64,000 nt of DNA from Macrostomum lignano. Lineage: Eukaryota. The DNA is taken from positions 62,001-126,000 of the forward strand of contig NIVC01002321.1 in NCBI GenBank assembly GCA_002269645.1, in the 5' to 3' direction. Shown here one piece after another: positions 13,147-42,053 of the stretch (the stretch's first letter is position 1; every line of letters starts with the position of its first letter). The notes under the pieces are model-generated. The model was not told the origin of the DNA. It worked only from the letters and a program-made list of their open reading frames with translations, and searched no databases. The translations under genes and the position numbers were made by a program.

Positions 13147-13566
13147 ATGGCGTCGCAAGCAGAAAGGCAGAGTCATGAACTCAATTTGGACGACGCCGAC
13201 ATGGCCGAAGCATGGATGCAGCGACTCTCAGCCACAGCGCGCATCAAAAAGCTAACAGACTCGGATGAGGCTCGGGACAAAACTGACCTATTCTTATCTA
13301 AGGCCGGCCTTCAGGCAATTCGCACGCTATCCCTAATGGCAGCACCAAAAAAACTTGATGAGATGAAATTCGATGACATCAAAAAGCTAGTTGACGAGAC
13401 GATCCGGCCGAAAAAGTCACTTGTAATTGCCGAACGCACCAGGTTCCTCAGCTTGAAGCAGGAATCGGGTGAGACCGTCATAGCCTACTACCGGAGGCTG
13501 AGGGCTGCTACGTCACACGCGAGTTTGAAAAGCTGGGCAGCAAGCAGACAAAGGAGGACGACATGA
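13147..13566 (+). CDS. gag: Gag N-terminal part; frameshifted near 13518
   Basis: ATG immediately after the LTR. AERTRFLSLKQESGETVIAYYRRLR is a typical Ty3 gag motif. The continuation CEFEKL...MITMRLIDGL lies in another frame. Confidence 0.85.
   Translation: MASQAERQSHELNLDDADMAEAWMQRLSATARIKKLTDSDEARDKTDLFLSKAGLQAIRTLSLMAAPKKLDEMKFDDIKKLVDETIRPKKSLVIAERTRFLSLKQESGETVIAYYRRLRAATSHASLKSWAASRQRRTT
13148..13162 (+). promoter_or_regulatory. Primer-binding site TGGCGTCGCAAGCAG (tRNA-Ser-like primer inferred)
   Basis: One nt after the LTR CA and starts with TGG. Its complement ...CTGCTTGCGACG-CCA resembles tRNA-Ser 3' ends. Confidence 0.8.
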
Positions 13567-16500
13567 TTACCATGCGACTAATTGACGGCCTCAACTCCTC
13601 AGAGCACAAAAAAAGAATCTTGGAGCGCCTACAAAACGAAGATGGAGAAACGCCACTCAACAGGATTTTGCAAAATTTGCAGCAGCTTGAGCAGATCTGT
13701 GACTACAACACGCCGGCTCCTGCTGACATTGCCTTCGCCGGTCAACAGAGGGGAGTCTCTTCACCTACCAAGCCGCAGCCGTCAATCAAATGCAGGTTCT
13801 GCGGCGCCAATCACCTGAGGGGCAACTGCCCAGCCTACGGCAAAAAATGCTCCAAGTGCCAAAAAAGAAATCACTTTGCGGCTGTCTGCAGATCACGAGC
13901 TGTCCATCAAGAAATCGCAGTCGATGCAGAAGAAGCAGACATGTATACTCTCAGCCCCAACAGAGCTAAAGCGGGCCTCTTCAAGACCATCAAAATCAAC
14001 GGCCAGGGTATCTCAATGCAAGTCGACACCGGAGCTGAGATCAGTCTGATTCCGCAGAACCTCTGGCGCCAGCTGGGCCGGCCCACCCTGCGCAAGTGCA
14101 GGAGAATTCTCCGGCAGTTCGACGGCTCCAGCATCGCCTGCCTCGGGGAATTCACTGCGTCACTCGAGACCAACTCGAAATTCGTCACGATTGGCCTGGT
14201 TGTCACCGCCGCGGAGAAGAAGCACGGTCTGCTTGGCATGGACAACATAAAGCTCCAAGAAGACGCGGTCACCATCAACGCAGTCCAACAGCTCGGATGC
14301 CTCAAAGGGTTCAAAGCTAAGATTAGACTGGTGGAAGGAGCCAAAGCGTTCTATTGTGCTGCCCGGTCCGTGCCGCTACACCTCAGAGACTTGGTGGTGC
14401 GCGAGCTGCAAAGAATGGAATCCGAGGGTATCATTGAGGCGGTCCCTCCCGGAGGCAGCCAGTGGGCATCGCCTATTGTCAACGTGCTCAAGCCAAATGG
14501 AAAGGTTCGTGTCTGTGCCGATTTTAAAGCTGGTGTCAATCACCAGATATGCAATGACACCTACCCGATCCCGGAGATGGAGACGATTTTTTCTGAGATA
14601 GCAGGCATGTCGCACTTTGCTAAACTGGATCTCTCTGATGCTTACCTGCAAATCGAACTCGATGAAGATAGCCGAGAGGTGACGACAATCGCGACACCTT
14701 TGGGTCTCTTCCGCTACAAAAGGCTGGTTCCCGGGCTGAAATCTGCATCGGCCATTTTCCAGAAAGCCATGGAAACAATCCTACAGGATGTCAGCAACAA
14801 GATTGTCTACCAGGATGACGTCCTCCTGGGAGCGAAGTCCAACGCCGAATTAAGGAGCAAAGTGCAGCACGTTCTCCAGACGATGCGAACTGCTGGAATG
14901 ACGATCAACCTAGAAAAGTCTAATCTAAGCGCAACGGGGGTCAGATTCCTCGGCTACAGCATCAGCGCGAGCGGGATCACCCCGGACCCCAATCTGGTCG
15001 GAAAAATTCGCTCAGTGAACTCGCCGAAGGACAGAAAGCAGCTCGAATCGTTTCTAGGACTTTCCAACTTCTTCGGGAGGTTTATTAAGAATTACTCTGA
15101 CGTCATAGAACCGCTCAATCAACTCCGGGGCCGAAACGTTGAGTTCGTCTGGGGCCCAGCCCAGGAAGCTGCCTTCACGCGAATCAAGGATCTGCTGTGC
15201 AGCGAGCCTGTAATCAAGCCGTATGACAAGCACAAAGAGACCACGCTCACTACCGATGCTAGCGAGAAAGCCATCGGAGCGATCCTCTCGCAGGGCAACC
15301 ACCCGATCATGTACTTCAGCCGGAAACTGAGCAGTGCAGAAGCAGGGTATTCAAACATCGAGAGAGAGGCGCTGGCGATCGTTTGGGCTATGGAGCGTGC
15401 GAAACAGTTCCTATTAGGGTCGCGCTTCACACTCAGAACGGATCATCGCCCGCTGGAATTCATCTTCGGGTCGAGGCGCCAGCTGCCGAAGGTTGCCAAT
15501 GCGAGACTTCTCCGATGGGCAATCAAACTGATGGCCTTTGACTATGACATCGTCTACACTAAAGGCGAATCGATTCCGCAAGTAGATGCACTTTCGCGGC
15601 TGGATTTTGAAGGTGACAGCGACACCGAGCTGACAGAGCGGCCGGAAAGCATCATTCACTGGACTGGCGAGGCTGTGATCCCGTGGCAGGAGCTGAAATC
15701 AGAGACCCAAAGGGACCGACTGCTGCTTGATGTCATGAAACGCGTTGCTGTCAACAGATGGTCAAACTGCTCGCCAGCCGAACGACCTTTCAAGGCCATC
15801 CGACACGCCCTCACGACCGACGACGGAGTTCTCTGCTACGGTGATCGCCCAGTCATACCGGCTGTCCTCCGAGAGGGGGTTCTTGGAATTGTGCACGATA
15901 CGCATCAGGGATCTGGCTCAACGCGCGCTCGCCTACAGAACTCAGCCTGGTGGCCCGGCTATTGCAGCGACGTCGAGGCCTACGTTCGAGGTTGCCCGAC
16001 CTGCTCAAGACTGCGCCCGAGTGGTCTGGAGAGTGTCCACAGGTGGCCCGACGAGGAAAAGCCGTGGCACAGGGTCCACATGGATCATGCGTGTGTGCCG
16101 AGGGTCGGACTCCTGCTCATTCTAGTTGACGCTATGTCCGGCTGGCCCGAGGCTGTACGAGTGCAAAACAGGGACGCGGCGACAGTCAAGCGGGTGTTGC
16201 AGACAATCTTTGCTAGGAACGGCGTGCCTCATGTGCTGGTCAGCGACAACGCCGCCGAGTTCCACGACGCCAATCTGATTGCCTGGCTGGAAAGAATCGG
16301 CTGCCGCGTCATCAAGACTCCCCCGCGACACCCTCAGTCTAACGGCTTGGCCGAGCGGATGGTCCAGTCTATCAAGAGAGCATCTGCGGCGTGGGACCAG
16401 TCCGAAAGCTACGAGTCGTTCCTGTCCAGGGTACTCCTAAACTACAGGTGTGTGCCGCATGCTGGGCGCCAGCAGAGCCCGTCACAGCTCATGGGTCGAC

Positions 16501-17183
16501 AACTACGCAACCCGATAACCATGCGCACACCAATCGGAGCGAGCCTGTGGTACACGCCTGGTGATCAGCAGCGTCAGGAGCGAGCTGAGTTCGTCGTGCA
16601 GAAGGGAACCAACACCGCCCTAATCGCTCGTCAAGGCGGTCGCATCGCCCTGGCGCATGCGGATCAGCTGAGACGCGTTGTAGAAGACCAGGTACAGCCA
16701 AACCGATTCGGCCGGAGCCTACCTATCGAACTCGGTCAGGACCCGCCTGACGAACTCGGTCAGGACCCGCCTGGCGAACTCGGTCAGGACCCGCCTGGCG
16801 AACTCGGTCAGGACCCGCCTGGCGAACTCGGTCAGGACCCGCCTGGCGAACTCGGTCAGGACCCGCCTGGCGAACTCGGTCAGGACCCGCCTGGCGAACT
16901 CGGTCAGGACCCGCCTGGCGAACTCGGTCAGGACCCGCCTGGCGAACTCGGTCAGGACCCGCCTGGCGAACTCGGTCAGGACCCGCCTGGCGAACTCGGT
17001 CAGGACCCGCCTGGCGAACTCGGTCAGGACCCGCCTGGCGAACTCGGTCAGGACCCGCCTGGCGAACTCAGTCGGGACCCGCCCACCGAATCCGAACAAG
17101 GCCCAAGTCAAACAGCAGTACGTCGCTACCCAGCTCGGTCAACTCGAGGCGTGCCCCCTATCCGTTTCGAAGGGGGGAGATGA
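13563..17183 (+). CDS. pol: Gag C-terminus plus Pol polyprotein (zinc knuckles, aspartic protease, RT, RNase H, integrase)
   Basis: CRFCG..H...C and CSKC....H....C knuckles, protease VDTGA, RT YQDD, RNase H TDAS, integrase HHCC (H..H...C..C) and DDE core (HMD, VSDN, NGLAER). Confidence 0.97.
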   Translation: MITMRLIDGLNSSEHKKRILERLQNEDGETPLNRILQNLQQLEQICDYNTPAPADIAFAGQQRGVSSPTKPQPSIKCRFCGANHLRGNCPAYGKKCSKCQKRNHFAAVCRSRAVHQEIAVDAEEADMYTLSPNRAKAGLFKTIKINGQGISMQVDTGAEISLIPQNLWRQLGRPTLRKCRRILRQFDGSSIACLGEFTASLETNSKFVTIGLVVTAAEKKHGLLGMDNIKLQEDAVTINAVQQLGCLKGFKAKIRLVEGAKAFYCAARSVPLHLRDLVVRELQRMESEGIIEAVPPGGSQWASPIVNVLKPNGKVRVCADFKAGVNHQICNDTYPIPEMETIFSEIAGMSHFAKLDLSDAYLQIELDEDSREVTTIATPLGLFRYKRLVPGLKSASAIFQKAMETILQDVSNKIVYQDDVLLGAKSNAELRSKVQHVLQTMRTAGMTINLEKSNLSATGVRFLGYSISASGITPDPNLVGKIRSVNSPKDRKQLESFLGLSNFFGRFIKNYSDVIEPLNQLRGRNVEFVWGPAQEAAFTRIKDLLCSEPVIKPYDKHKETTLTTDASEKAIGAILSQGNHPIMYFSRKLSSAEAGYSNIEREALAIVWAMERAKQFLLGSRFTLRTDHRPLEFIFGSRRQLPKVANARLLRWAIKLMAFDYDIVYTKGESIPQVDALSRLDFEGDSDTELTERPESIIHWTGEAVIPWQELKSETQRDRLLLDVMKRVAVNRWSNCSPAERPFKAIRHALTTDDGVLCYGDRPVIPAVLREGVLGIVHDTHQGSGSTRARLQNSAWWPGYCSDVEAYVRGCPTCSRLRPSGLESVHRWPDEEKPWHRVHMDHACVPRVGLLLILVDAMSGWPEAVRVQNRDAATVKRVLQTIFARNGVPHVLVSDNAAEFHDANLIAWLERIGCRVIKTPPRHPQSNGLAERMVQSIKRASAAWDQSESYESFLSRVLLNYRCVPHAGRQQSPSQLMGRQLRNPITMRTPIGASLWYTPGDQQRQERAEFVVQKGTNTALIARQGGRIALAHADQLRRVVEDQVQPNRFGRSLPIELGQDPPDELGQDPPGELGQDPPGELGQDPPGELGQDPPGELGQDPPGELGQDPPGELGQDPPGELGQDPPGELGQDPPGELGQDPPGELGQDPPGELGQDPPGELGQDPPGELSRDPPTESEQGPSQTAVRRYPARSTRGVPPIRFEGGR
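16728..17087 (+). repeat. In-frame 24-bp tandem repeat (ELGQDPPG) x14 plus one diverged copy in the integrase tail
   Basis: GAACTCGGTCAGGACCCGCCTGGC repeated. Confidence 0.97.
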
Positions 17184-17445
17184 GGCAGCGCTGGATTCTA
17201 CCGCTGTACTTATGACTAAGTGACTAGCTGATTGACTATTGAAATATTGACTGTACATCCAGTGTACCCACCACCCCGATTTCGTACCCCGTGCGCCCCG
17301 CCACCCCAATGCGTTAATAATTATATATTGAGCTTCGTTTGTGTTAGCATCGTTTATGATTAATATATCGAGACTGAGACATCGTTTATTTATAATACCA
17401 AATCATCGTGTTGCTCAGTTGAACTCTTAATTAAACGACGCGACA
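17181..17445 (+). repeat. 3' LTR
   Basis: Preceded by the PPT; its first three bases (TGA) are the pol stop codon. Confidence 0.97.
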
Positions 17446-19275
17446 GAATCTATCCATTATCCAATGGAATCTATCCAATATCCAATGGAATCTATCCATT
17501 ATCCAATGAAATCTATCCATTATCCAATTGAATCTATCCGATATCCAATGAAATCTATCCATTATCCAATTGAATCTATCAATTATCCAATGGAATCTAT
17601 GCATTATCCAATGGAGTCTATCCATTATCCAATGGAATCTATCCTTTATCCAATGGAATCTATCCATTATCCAATGAAATCTATCCATTATCCAATTGAA
17701 TCTATCAATTATCCAATGGAATCTATCCATTATCCAATGGAGTCTATCCATTATCCAATGGAATCTATCCATTATCCAATGGAATCTATCCATTATCCAA
17801 TGGAATCTATCCATTATCCAATATCCAATGGAATCTATCCATTATCCAATTGAATCTATCCATTATCCAATAGAATCTAACAATTATCCAATGGAATCTA
17901 TCCATTATCCAATATCCAATGGAATCTATCCATTATCCAATTGAATCTATCCATTATCCAATTAAATCTATCCATTATCCAATTAAATCTATCCATTATC
18001 GAATGGAACCTATCCATTATCGAATGGAATCTATCAATTATCCAATTGAATCTATCCATTATCCAATTGAATCTCTCCATTATCCAATTGAATCTATCCA
18101 TTATCGAATGGAACCTATCCATTATCCAATTGAATCTATCCATTATCCAATTGAATCTCTCCATTATCGAATTGAATCTATCCATTATCCAATTGAATCT
18201 ATCCATTATCCAATTAAATCTATCCATTATCCAATTGAATCTATCCATTATCGAATGGAATCTATCCGTTATCCAATGGAATCTATCCATTATCGAATGG
18301 AATCTATCCATTATCCAATGGAATCTATCCATTATCCAATGGAATCTATCCATTATCGAATTGAATCTATCCATTATCCAATGGAATCTATCCATTATCC
18401 AATGGAATCTATCCATTATCCAATTGAATCTATCCATTATCTAATGGAATCTATCCATTATCCAATGGAATCTATCCGTTATCCAATGGAATCTATCCAT
18501 TATCCAATGGAATCTATCCATTATCCAATGGAATCTATCCATTATCCAATGGAATCTATCCAATATCCAATGGAATCTATCCATTATCCAATGGAATCTA
18601 TCCATTATCCAATTGAATCTATCCATTATCCAATGGAATCTATCCATTATCCAATTGAATCTATCCATTATCCAATTGAATCTATCCATTATCGAATGGA
18701 ACCTATCCATTATCGAATGGAATCTATCCATTATCGAATGGAATCTATCCGTTATCCAATGGAATCTATCCATTATCCAATGGAATCTATCCATTATCCA
18801 ATGGAATCTATCCATTATCGAATGGAATCTATCCATTATCCAATGGAATCTATCCATTATCCAATTAAATCTATCGAATATCCAATGGAATCTATCCATT
18901 ATTCAATGAAATCTATCCACTATCCAATTGAATCTATCCATTATCCAATGGAATCTATCCATTATCCAATTGAATCTATCCATTATCCAATGGAATCTAT
19001 CCACTATTCAATGGAATCTATCCATTATCCAATTGAATCTATCCATTATCGAATGGAACCTATCCATTATCGAATGGAACCTATCCATTATCGAATGGAA
19101 TCTATCCATTATCCAATTAAATCTATCGAATATCCAATGGAATCTATCCATTATTCAATGAAATCTATCCACTATCCAATTGAATCTATCCATTATCCAA
19201 TGGAATCTATCCACTATCCAATATCCAATGGAATCTATCCACTATCCAATATCCAATGGAATCTATCCATTATCC
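17446..19275. repeat. 21-bp satellite, right arm (ATCCAATGGAATCTATCCATT)
   Basis: Direct tandem copies. Confidence 0.97.
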
Positions 19276-19723
19276 ATTTTCTAATTGAATATACCCGCTA
19301 TCCGCTTAAATGTATCTATCATTCAAAAACTCCTTTTTGGCAGTGCATATCATGGTTTTATTCATTTGCACCAGCCAGAAAACTCTGTTGTCGGATTGTT
19401 CCCTTCTCTTTCTGTCTCTCTCCTCGTCATGTCGGTCTGTTACCCGATTGCCCCCAGTGACTGCTTCTCATCTCTTCCTCATCCGGCACAGGGCAGAGCA
19501 ATAACGCCGTGCACTGTCCAATCAGCTTCCAAATCGATTCTCCAGTTGAGGTGGGTGTCGCTCTGATCCCCAGAGCTTATGCAGATAAAAAATGGCCCCG
19601 AGACAGAGCTTCATTGTTTAAAATACCCGGATGGCATTTTTTCTGCCGATTTCATTTTCCGGAATTTTCCAGCCAGCAGTTAGAAACCGACGCTAATTCT
19701 TCTTTTGTGCCGAGAGTTGAAGC

Positions 19724-37460
<17,737 letters not shown>

Positions 37461-38419
37461 TTTTTGAAAAATTGAAACTACAGTAATAAAATTAATGATT
37501 ATAAAAGCAATAAAATGCCCGACGTACAATTAAAACCAGTGTTTAATAATTTAGATGAATTCATTTGTTGCACCTAAAGTTTTACTTTCTACCGGCTTGT
37601 TATCAACAAATCTCGCATTTTCTCTTAGGCACCCAACCCGATTTTTGAAATTAAATATAGTTATTAATTAACTTTTTATTGAGTCGACATATGTATTTGA
37701 GCAATAATTTCCTTCTATAACTATGCTTCATTTTATTATCAAAATAGATAATTACTTGCACGCGATGGTTTATTTATACATATTTTTTATTCTATACGGA
37801 GATGCATGCACTTGTATTACTCTTCTTACTACATGTAGGAACGCAAGGCATTAAACGATTCACTCCTTATTTTGCTACTGAGCAGTAGTGCACATCGGAT
37901 ATTACCATCACAAAATTGGTGTTGCTTTGGAAACTTCTTCAAAAAAACATTTTTTTTCAGTTTTGTTAGTTTGCTAATTGCTGCGTTATGCCAAACTGCA
38001 TTTCAACAATGCCTCATAACATTATCTATTCTTCATCAAATCTGCGACGCGCTCATTTCGCTTTATCATTTATTTTAAATTACTCCCAATCGAATTCAAA
38101 TTAGCGCCAAATTCGTTACAATTAAACAATACGTTTCGAGGCGCCGATTCAAATTGCTTGGATTAACGTAAAAAAACTTGTAATTTGGAAGTTTATTTTC
38201 ATTTTTTCAGCAAAAAATTACCTTTTTGCGTTTCTTTTCTAGCCCTGGTATTTTAATTTGTTTCTAATGTGTTCCTAAGGCAATAAACAGCATCCAAAGC
38301 GAATAAATATTACTTAAATATGAAAACCCAACCATCAATTCGCTGCTGTATTAGCAGTTAATTATTTTACTTTTTTTAAACTACGAGTATACTAGTTTTT
38401 ACTGTTTATATACGCAGAG

Positions 38420-38746
38420 GAAGACGGGGGAGAGAGAAAGGTAGAGAGGGAGAGATGAAGAGAGAAGAAGAGAGAGAGAGAGGGAGAGAGGGAGAGAAGG
38501 GAGAGAGAGGGGGAGGGAGAGAGAGTGAGGGAGAGAGGGAGAGAGAGAGGGGGAGAGAGGGTGAGAGGGAGAGAGAGAGAGGGAGAGAGAGGAAGAGAGA
38601 GAGAGAGAGGAAGAGAGAGGAAGGGAGAGGGAGAGAGGGAGAGAGGGAGAGAGGGAGAGAGAGAGAGAGGGAGAGAGAGGAAGAGAGAGAGAGAGAGGAA
38701 AAGAGAGGAAGAGAGAGGAAGGGAGAGGGAGAGAGGGAGAGGGAGA

Positions 38747-38800
<54 letters not shown>

Positions 38801-39377
38801 GAGAGAGAGAGGGAGAGAGGGAGAGAGAGAGGGAGAGGGGAGAAGGGAGAGAGTGAGGGAGAGAGGGAGAGAGGGAGAGAGGGAGAGAGGGAGAGAGAGA
38901 GAGAGAGGGAGAGAGGGAGAGAGGGAGAGAGAGAGAGGGAGAGAGAGGAAGAGAGAGAGAGAGAGGAAGAGAGAGGAAGGGAGAGGGAGAGAGGGAGAGA
39001 GGGAGAGAGGGAGAGAGAGAGAGAGGGAGAGAGAGGAAGAGAGAGAGAGAGAGGAAAAGAGAGGGAGAGAGGGAGAGAGGGAGAGAGAGAGAGAGGGAGA
39101 GAGAGGAAGAGAGAGAGAGAGAGGAAGAGAGAGGAAGGGAGAGGGAGAGAGGGAGAGAGGGAGAGAGGGGGAGAGAGAGAGGGAGAGAGAGGAAGAGAGA
39201 GAGAGAGAGGAAGAGAGAGGAAGGGAGAGGGAGAGAGGGAGAGAGGAAGGGAGATGGAGAGGGAGAGAGGGAGAGAGAGAGGGAGAGAGAGGGAGAGGGA
39301 GAGAGGGAGAGAGGGAGAGAGGGAGAGAGGAAGGGAGATGGAGAGGGAGAGAGGGAGAGAGGGAGAGAGGGAGGGAG
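38420..39377. repeat. GA-rich purine tract (GAGA/GGGA mosaic)
   Basis: Direct reading. Confidence 0.96.
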
Positions 39378-39733
39378 TGAAAATACGAGAAACCCGAGTA
39401 TCCAAATAAAATTTGAGTTAAAATTAGTGAACAACAATAAAAAAATGAGAGCATATTTGCCAGAAGTCATAATCGCGGTAAATAAAAGACAGAAAGAACT
39501 TGGACACACGAGATAGAAGTGCGAGAGAGAAGGAGAGCGGTCACAGATAGCTTTGCCAAAATCCAATATACTTTCAGTCCGGCTCTGCCCACTCGAGTAT
39601 AACAAAAAATAGACAACACAGAAAAAAACAAACGACAAATAAAATATAAATGACACTAGAAAAAGATAAAAAAATTAATAACTTCTGTGTCTCATACACT
39701 ATACAAGTAGCTTTTGTACTTATAAAGCAAAAC

Positions 39734-40662
39734 AACACAACAACACAAAACAACAGAGTACGCTGCCAGATCACAAAAGCAGCGTCAGATGGCGCGCTTC
39801 AAAGCTTGGGCGCGAACAAAAGCCGCACCGCCGGCAGAGTCCGGGGCGCCGGCGTCAGCCAGCAGACAGTCGACGTAGCGCCGAGTCCTCGCCTGTCCCC
39901 GCCGGTAGGGTGCCTGCAACGTAAGTAGCAGCACCTCCTGCACCGGCTCCGGACAGTAGGCCTCGGCGCGGATGACGTGGCCTGCCAGCTGGAGTCGCCG
40001 ACGGCGCAGCAGATCGCTAGGACGGGCCAGGCCGGCGCGATGATAGAGCGCCGTGTTGGTGACTCGCTCGTTGCCGATCTTGAAGGCGGCGCGCAGCAGG
40101 CCAGCGTGCGCCGCGTCGACTTGAGCCTCGAGCGAGTCTGTCAGCGTCCAGGTCTCGGCGTTGTATAACAGGACGGTCTCGATCACCGCCTGGAACAGCG
40201 CCGCCCTCTGGCGGTCCGGTAGGGCCTCGGACTGCAGGACTGACCTTATAGAACGAAAGGCAGCCCAGGCAAGTCCTCGGCGACGCCGCAGATCCTCGCG
40301 GACGTCGGGAACCAGACCGCCGAGGTAGACGAACTGCTGACATCTTGGAAGCTCACTCGCCTGTCCGTCAGCGCCTCGGCAGAAGATTGCAGCCTCGGTG
40401 TCGTCCGGCACGCATAGCACGACGGTCTTCTGCGTGTTGACCACCAGGCCGACGCTCGCCGCAACGGCAACCAGCCTATCCAGCTGTCGTTGGGCGCCCT
40501 CGACGGTCGAGGACAGCAGGGCGAGGTCATCGGCGTAGCCAAGCACGCTGAGCCGTCTCTCCGGTTGGCGTCGACCCACGCGTCGCCGCAGCAGGAAGCC
40601 GTCGTCGTTGGAAGGCAGAGCAGTCCGTAGCACCCAGTCAAGCACCAGAATAAATAAACCTC
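39734..40662 (-). mobile_element. 5'-truncated RTE-clade non-LTR retrotransposon (RT C-terminal half, ORF to the stop at 39785)
   Basis: LFILVLDWVLR, LGYADDLALL, GLVVNTQKT, FVYLG, LLYNAETWTL, RRRRLQLAGHV motifs. (TGT)n-like 3' tail. Candidate TSD AAAGCAAAAC at 39724-39733 and 40663-40672. Confidence 0.9.
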
Positions 40663-41007
40663 AAAGCAAAACGGTCACAGAGGCAGCTGGGAAATAAACA
40701 ACAATAAACAAAAATAAACATGGAAATATTATTTAGGCAAGAGAGTAAAACAAATATTAAAAAGTATTAATTAAAATTATCGAATGATCCGCATAAAGTC
40801 TATAAATATTTGTTTTTCCTAGCAGCCAAGATTTTACAATTACTGACAAGAAATCCTCGATAAATTCTCGATAAGAGAGCACAATAAAAATGAGTCCTCG
40901 AAAAACCCGGTCGAAATTGCAACCCTATTCGTTATGAATACACATGCAATAGACAAAATTAATTTTTCATGTCGGAAAAGAGTTTTAAAGGAAAAAAGGA
41001 ATTCAAA

Positions 41008-41472
41008 CAGGTAATTAACCCCATATCTAACAGGCAATTAACCCCATATCTAACAGGCAATTAACCTCATATCTAACAGGTAATTAACCCCATATCTAAC
41101 AGGTAATTAACCCCATATCTAACAGGTAATTAACCCCATATCTAACAGGCAATTAACCCCATATCTAACAGGCAATTAACCTCATATCTAACAGGTAATT
41201 AACCCCATATCTAACAGGTAATTAACCCCATATCTAACAGGCAATTAACCCCATATCTAACAGGCAATTAACCTCATATCTAACAGGTAATTAACCCCAT
41301 ATCTAACAGGTAATTAACCCCATATCTAACAGGTAATTAACCTCATATCTAACAGGTAATTAACCCCATATCTAACAGGTAATTAACCCCATATCTAACA
41401 GGTAATTAACCTCATATCTAACAGGTAATTAACCTCATATCTAACAGGTAATTAACCTCATATCTAACAGGT
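41008..41472. repeat. 23-bp minisatellite CAGGTAATTAACCCCATATCTAA
   Basis: About 20 copies. Confidence 0.96.
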
Positions 41473-41476
41473 AGAG

Positions 41477-42053
41477 AATCATAGAAGCGTCATGTAAAAA
41501 ATCATGAAAGCGTCATGAAAAGTCATAGAAGCGTCATATAAAAATCATAGAAGAGTCATGTAAAAAATCATAGAAGCGTCATGTAAAAAATCATAGAAGC
41601 GTCATGTAAAAAATCATAGAAGCGTCATGTAAACAATCATAGAAGCGTCATGTAAAAAATCATAGAAGCGTCATGTAAACAATCATAGAAGCGTCATGTA
41701 AAAAATCATAGAAGCGTCATGTAAACAATCATAGAAGCGTCATGTAAAAAAATCATAGAAGCGTCATGTAAACAATCATAGAAGCGTCATGTAAACAATC
41801 ATAGAAGCGTCATGTAAAAAATCATAGAAGCGTCATGTAAACAATCATAGAAGCGTCATGTAAAAAATCATAGAAGCGTCATGTAAAAAATCATAGAAGC
41901 CTTATATAAAAACTAATGGAAGTGTCATTTGAGAAATCATAGAAGCGTCATGTAAAAATCATAGAAGCGTCGTGTAAACAATCATAGAAGCGTCATGTAA
42001 AAATCATAAAAGCGTCATGTAAAAAATCATAGAAGCGTCATGTAAAAAAATCA
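41477..42053. repeat. ~23-bp minisatellite ATCATAGAAGCGTCATGTAAAAA
   Basis: Directly abuts the previous array. Confidence 0.95.

Larger units (their letters stand above)
12882..17445 (+). mobile_element. Full-length Ty3/gypsy LTR retrotransposon, Mag-like clade (4564 bp)
   Basis: LTRs 12882-13146 and 17181-17445 (TG...CA, 265 bp, 2 mismatches). TSD GAATC (12877-12881 / 17446-17450). PBS at 13148, PPT GAAGGGGGGAGA at 17169-17180. Domain order gag-CCHC-PR-RT-RH-INT. Confidence 0.97.

Noticed and set aside
13515-13535. Programmed -1 ribosomal frameshift between gag and pol
   Set aside because: No canonical slippery heptamer, and the shift lies upstream of the gag zinc knuckles; a 1-bp deletion explains it more simply.
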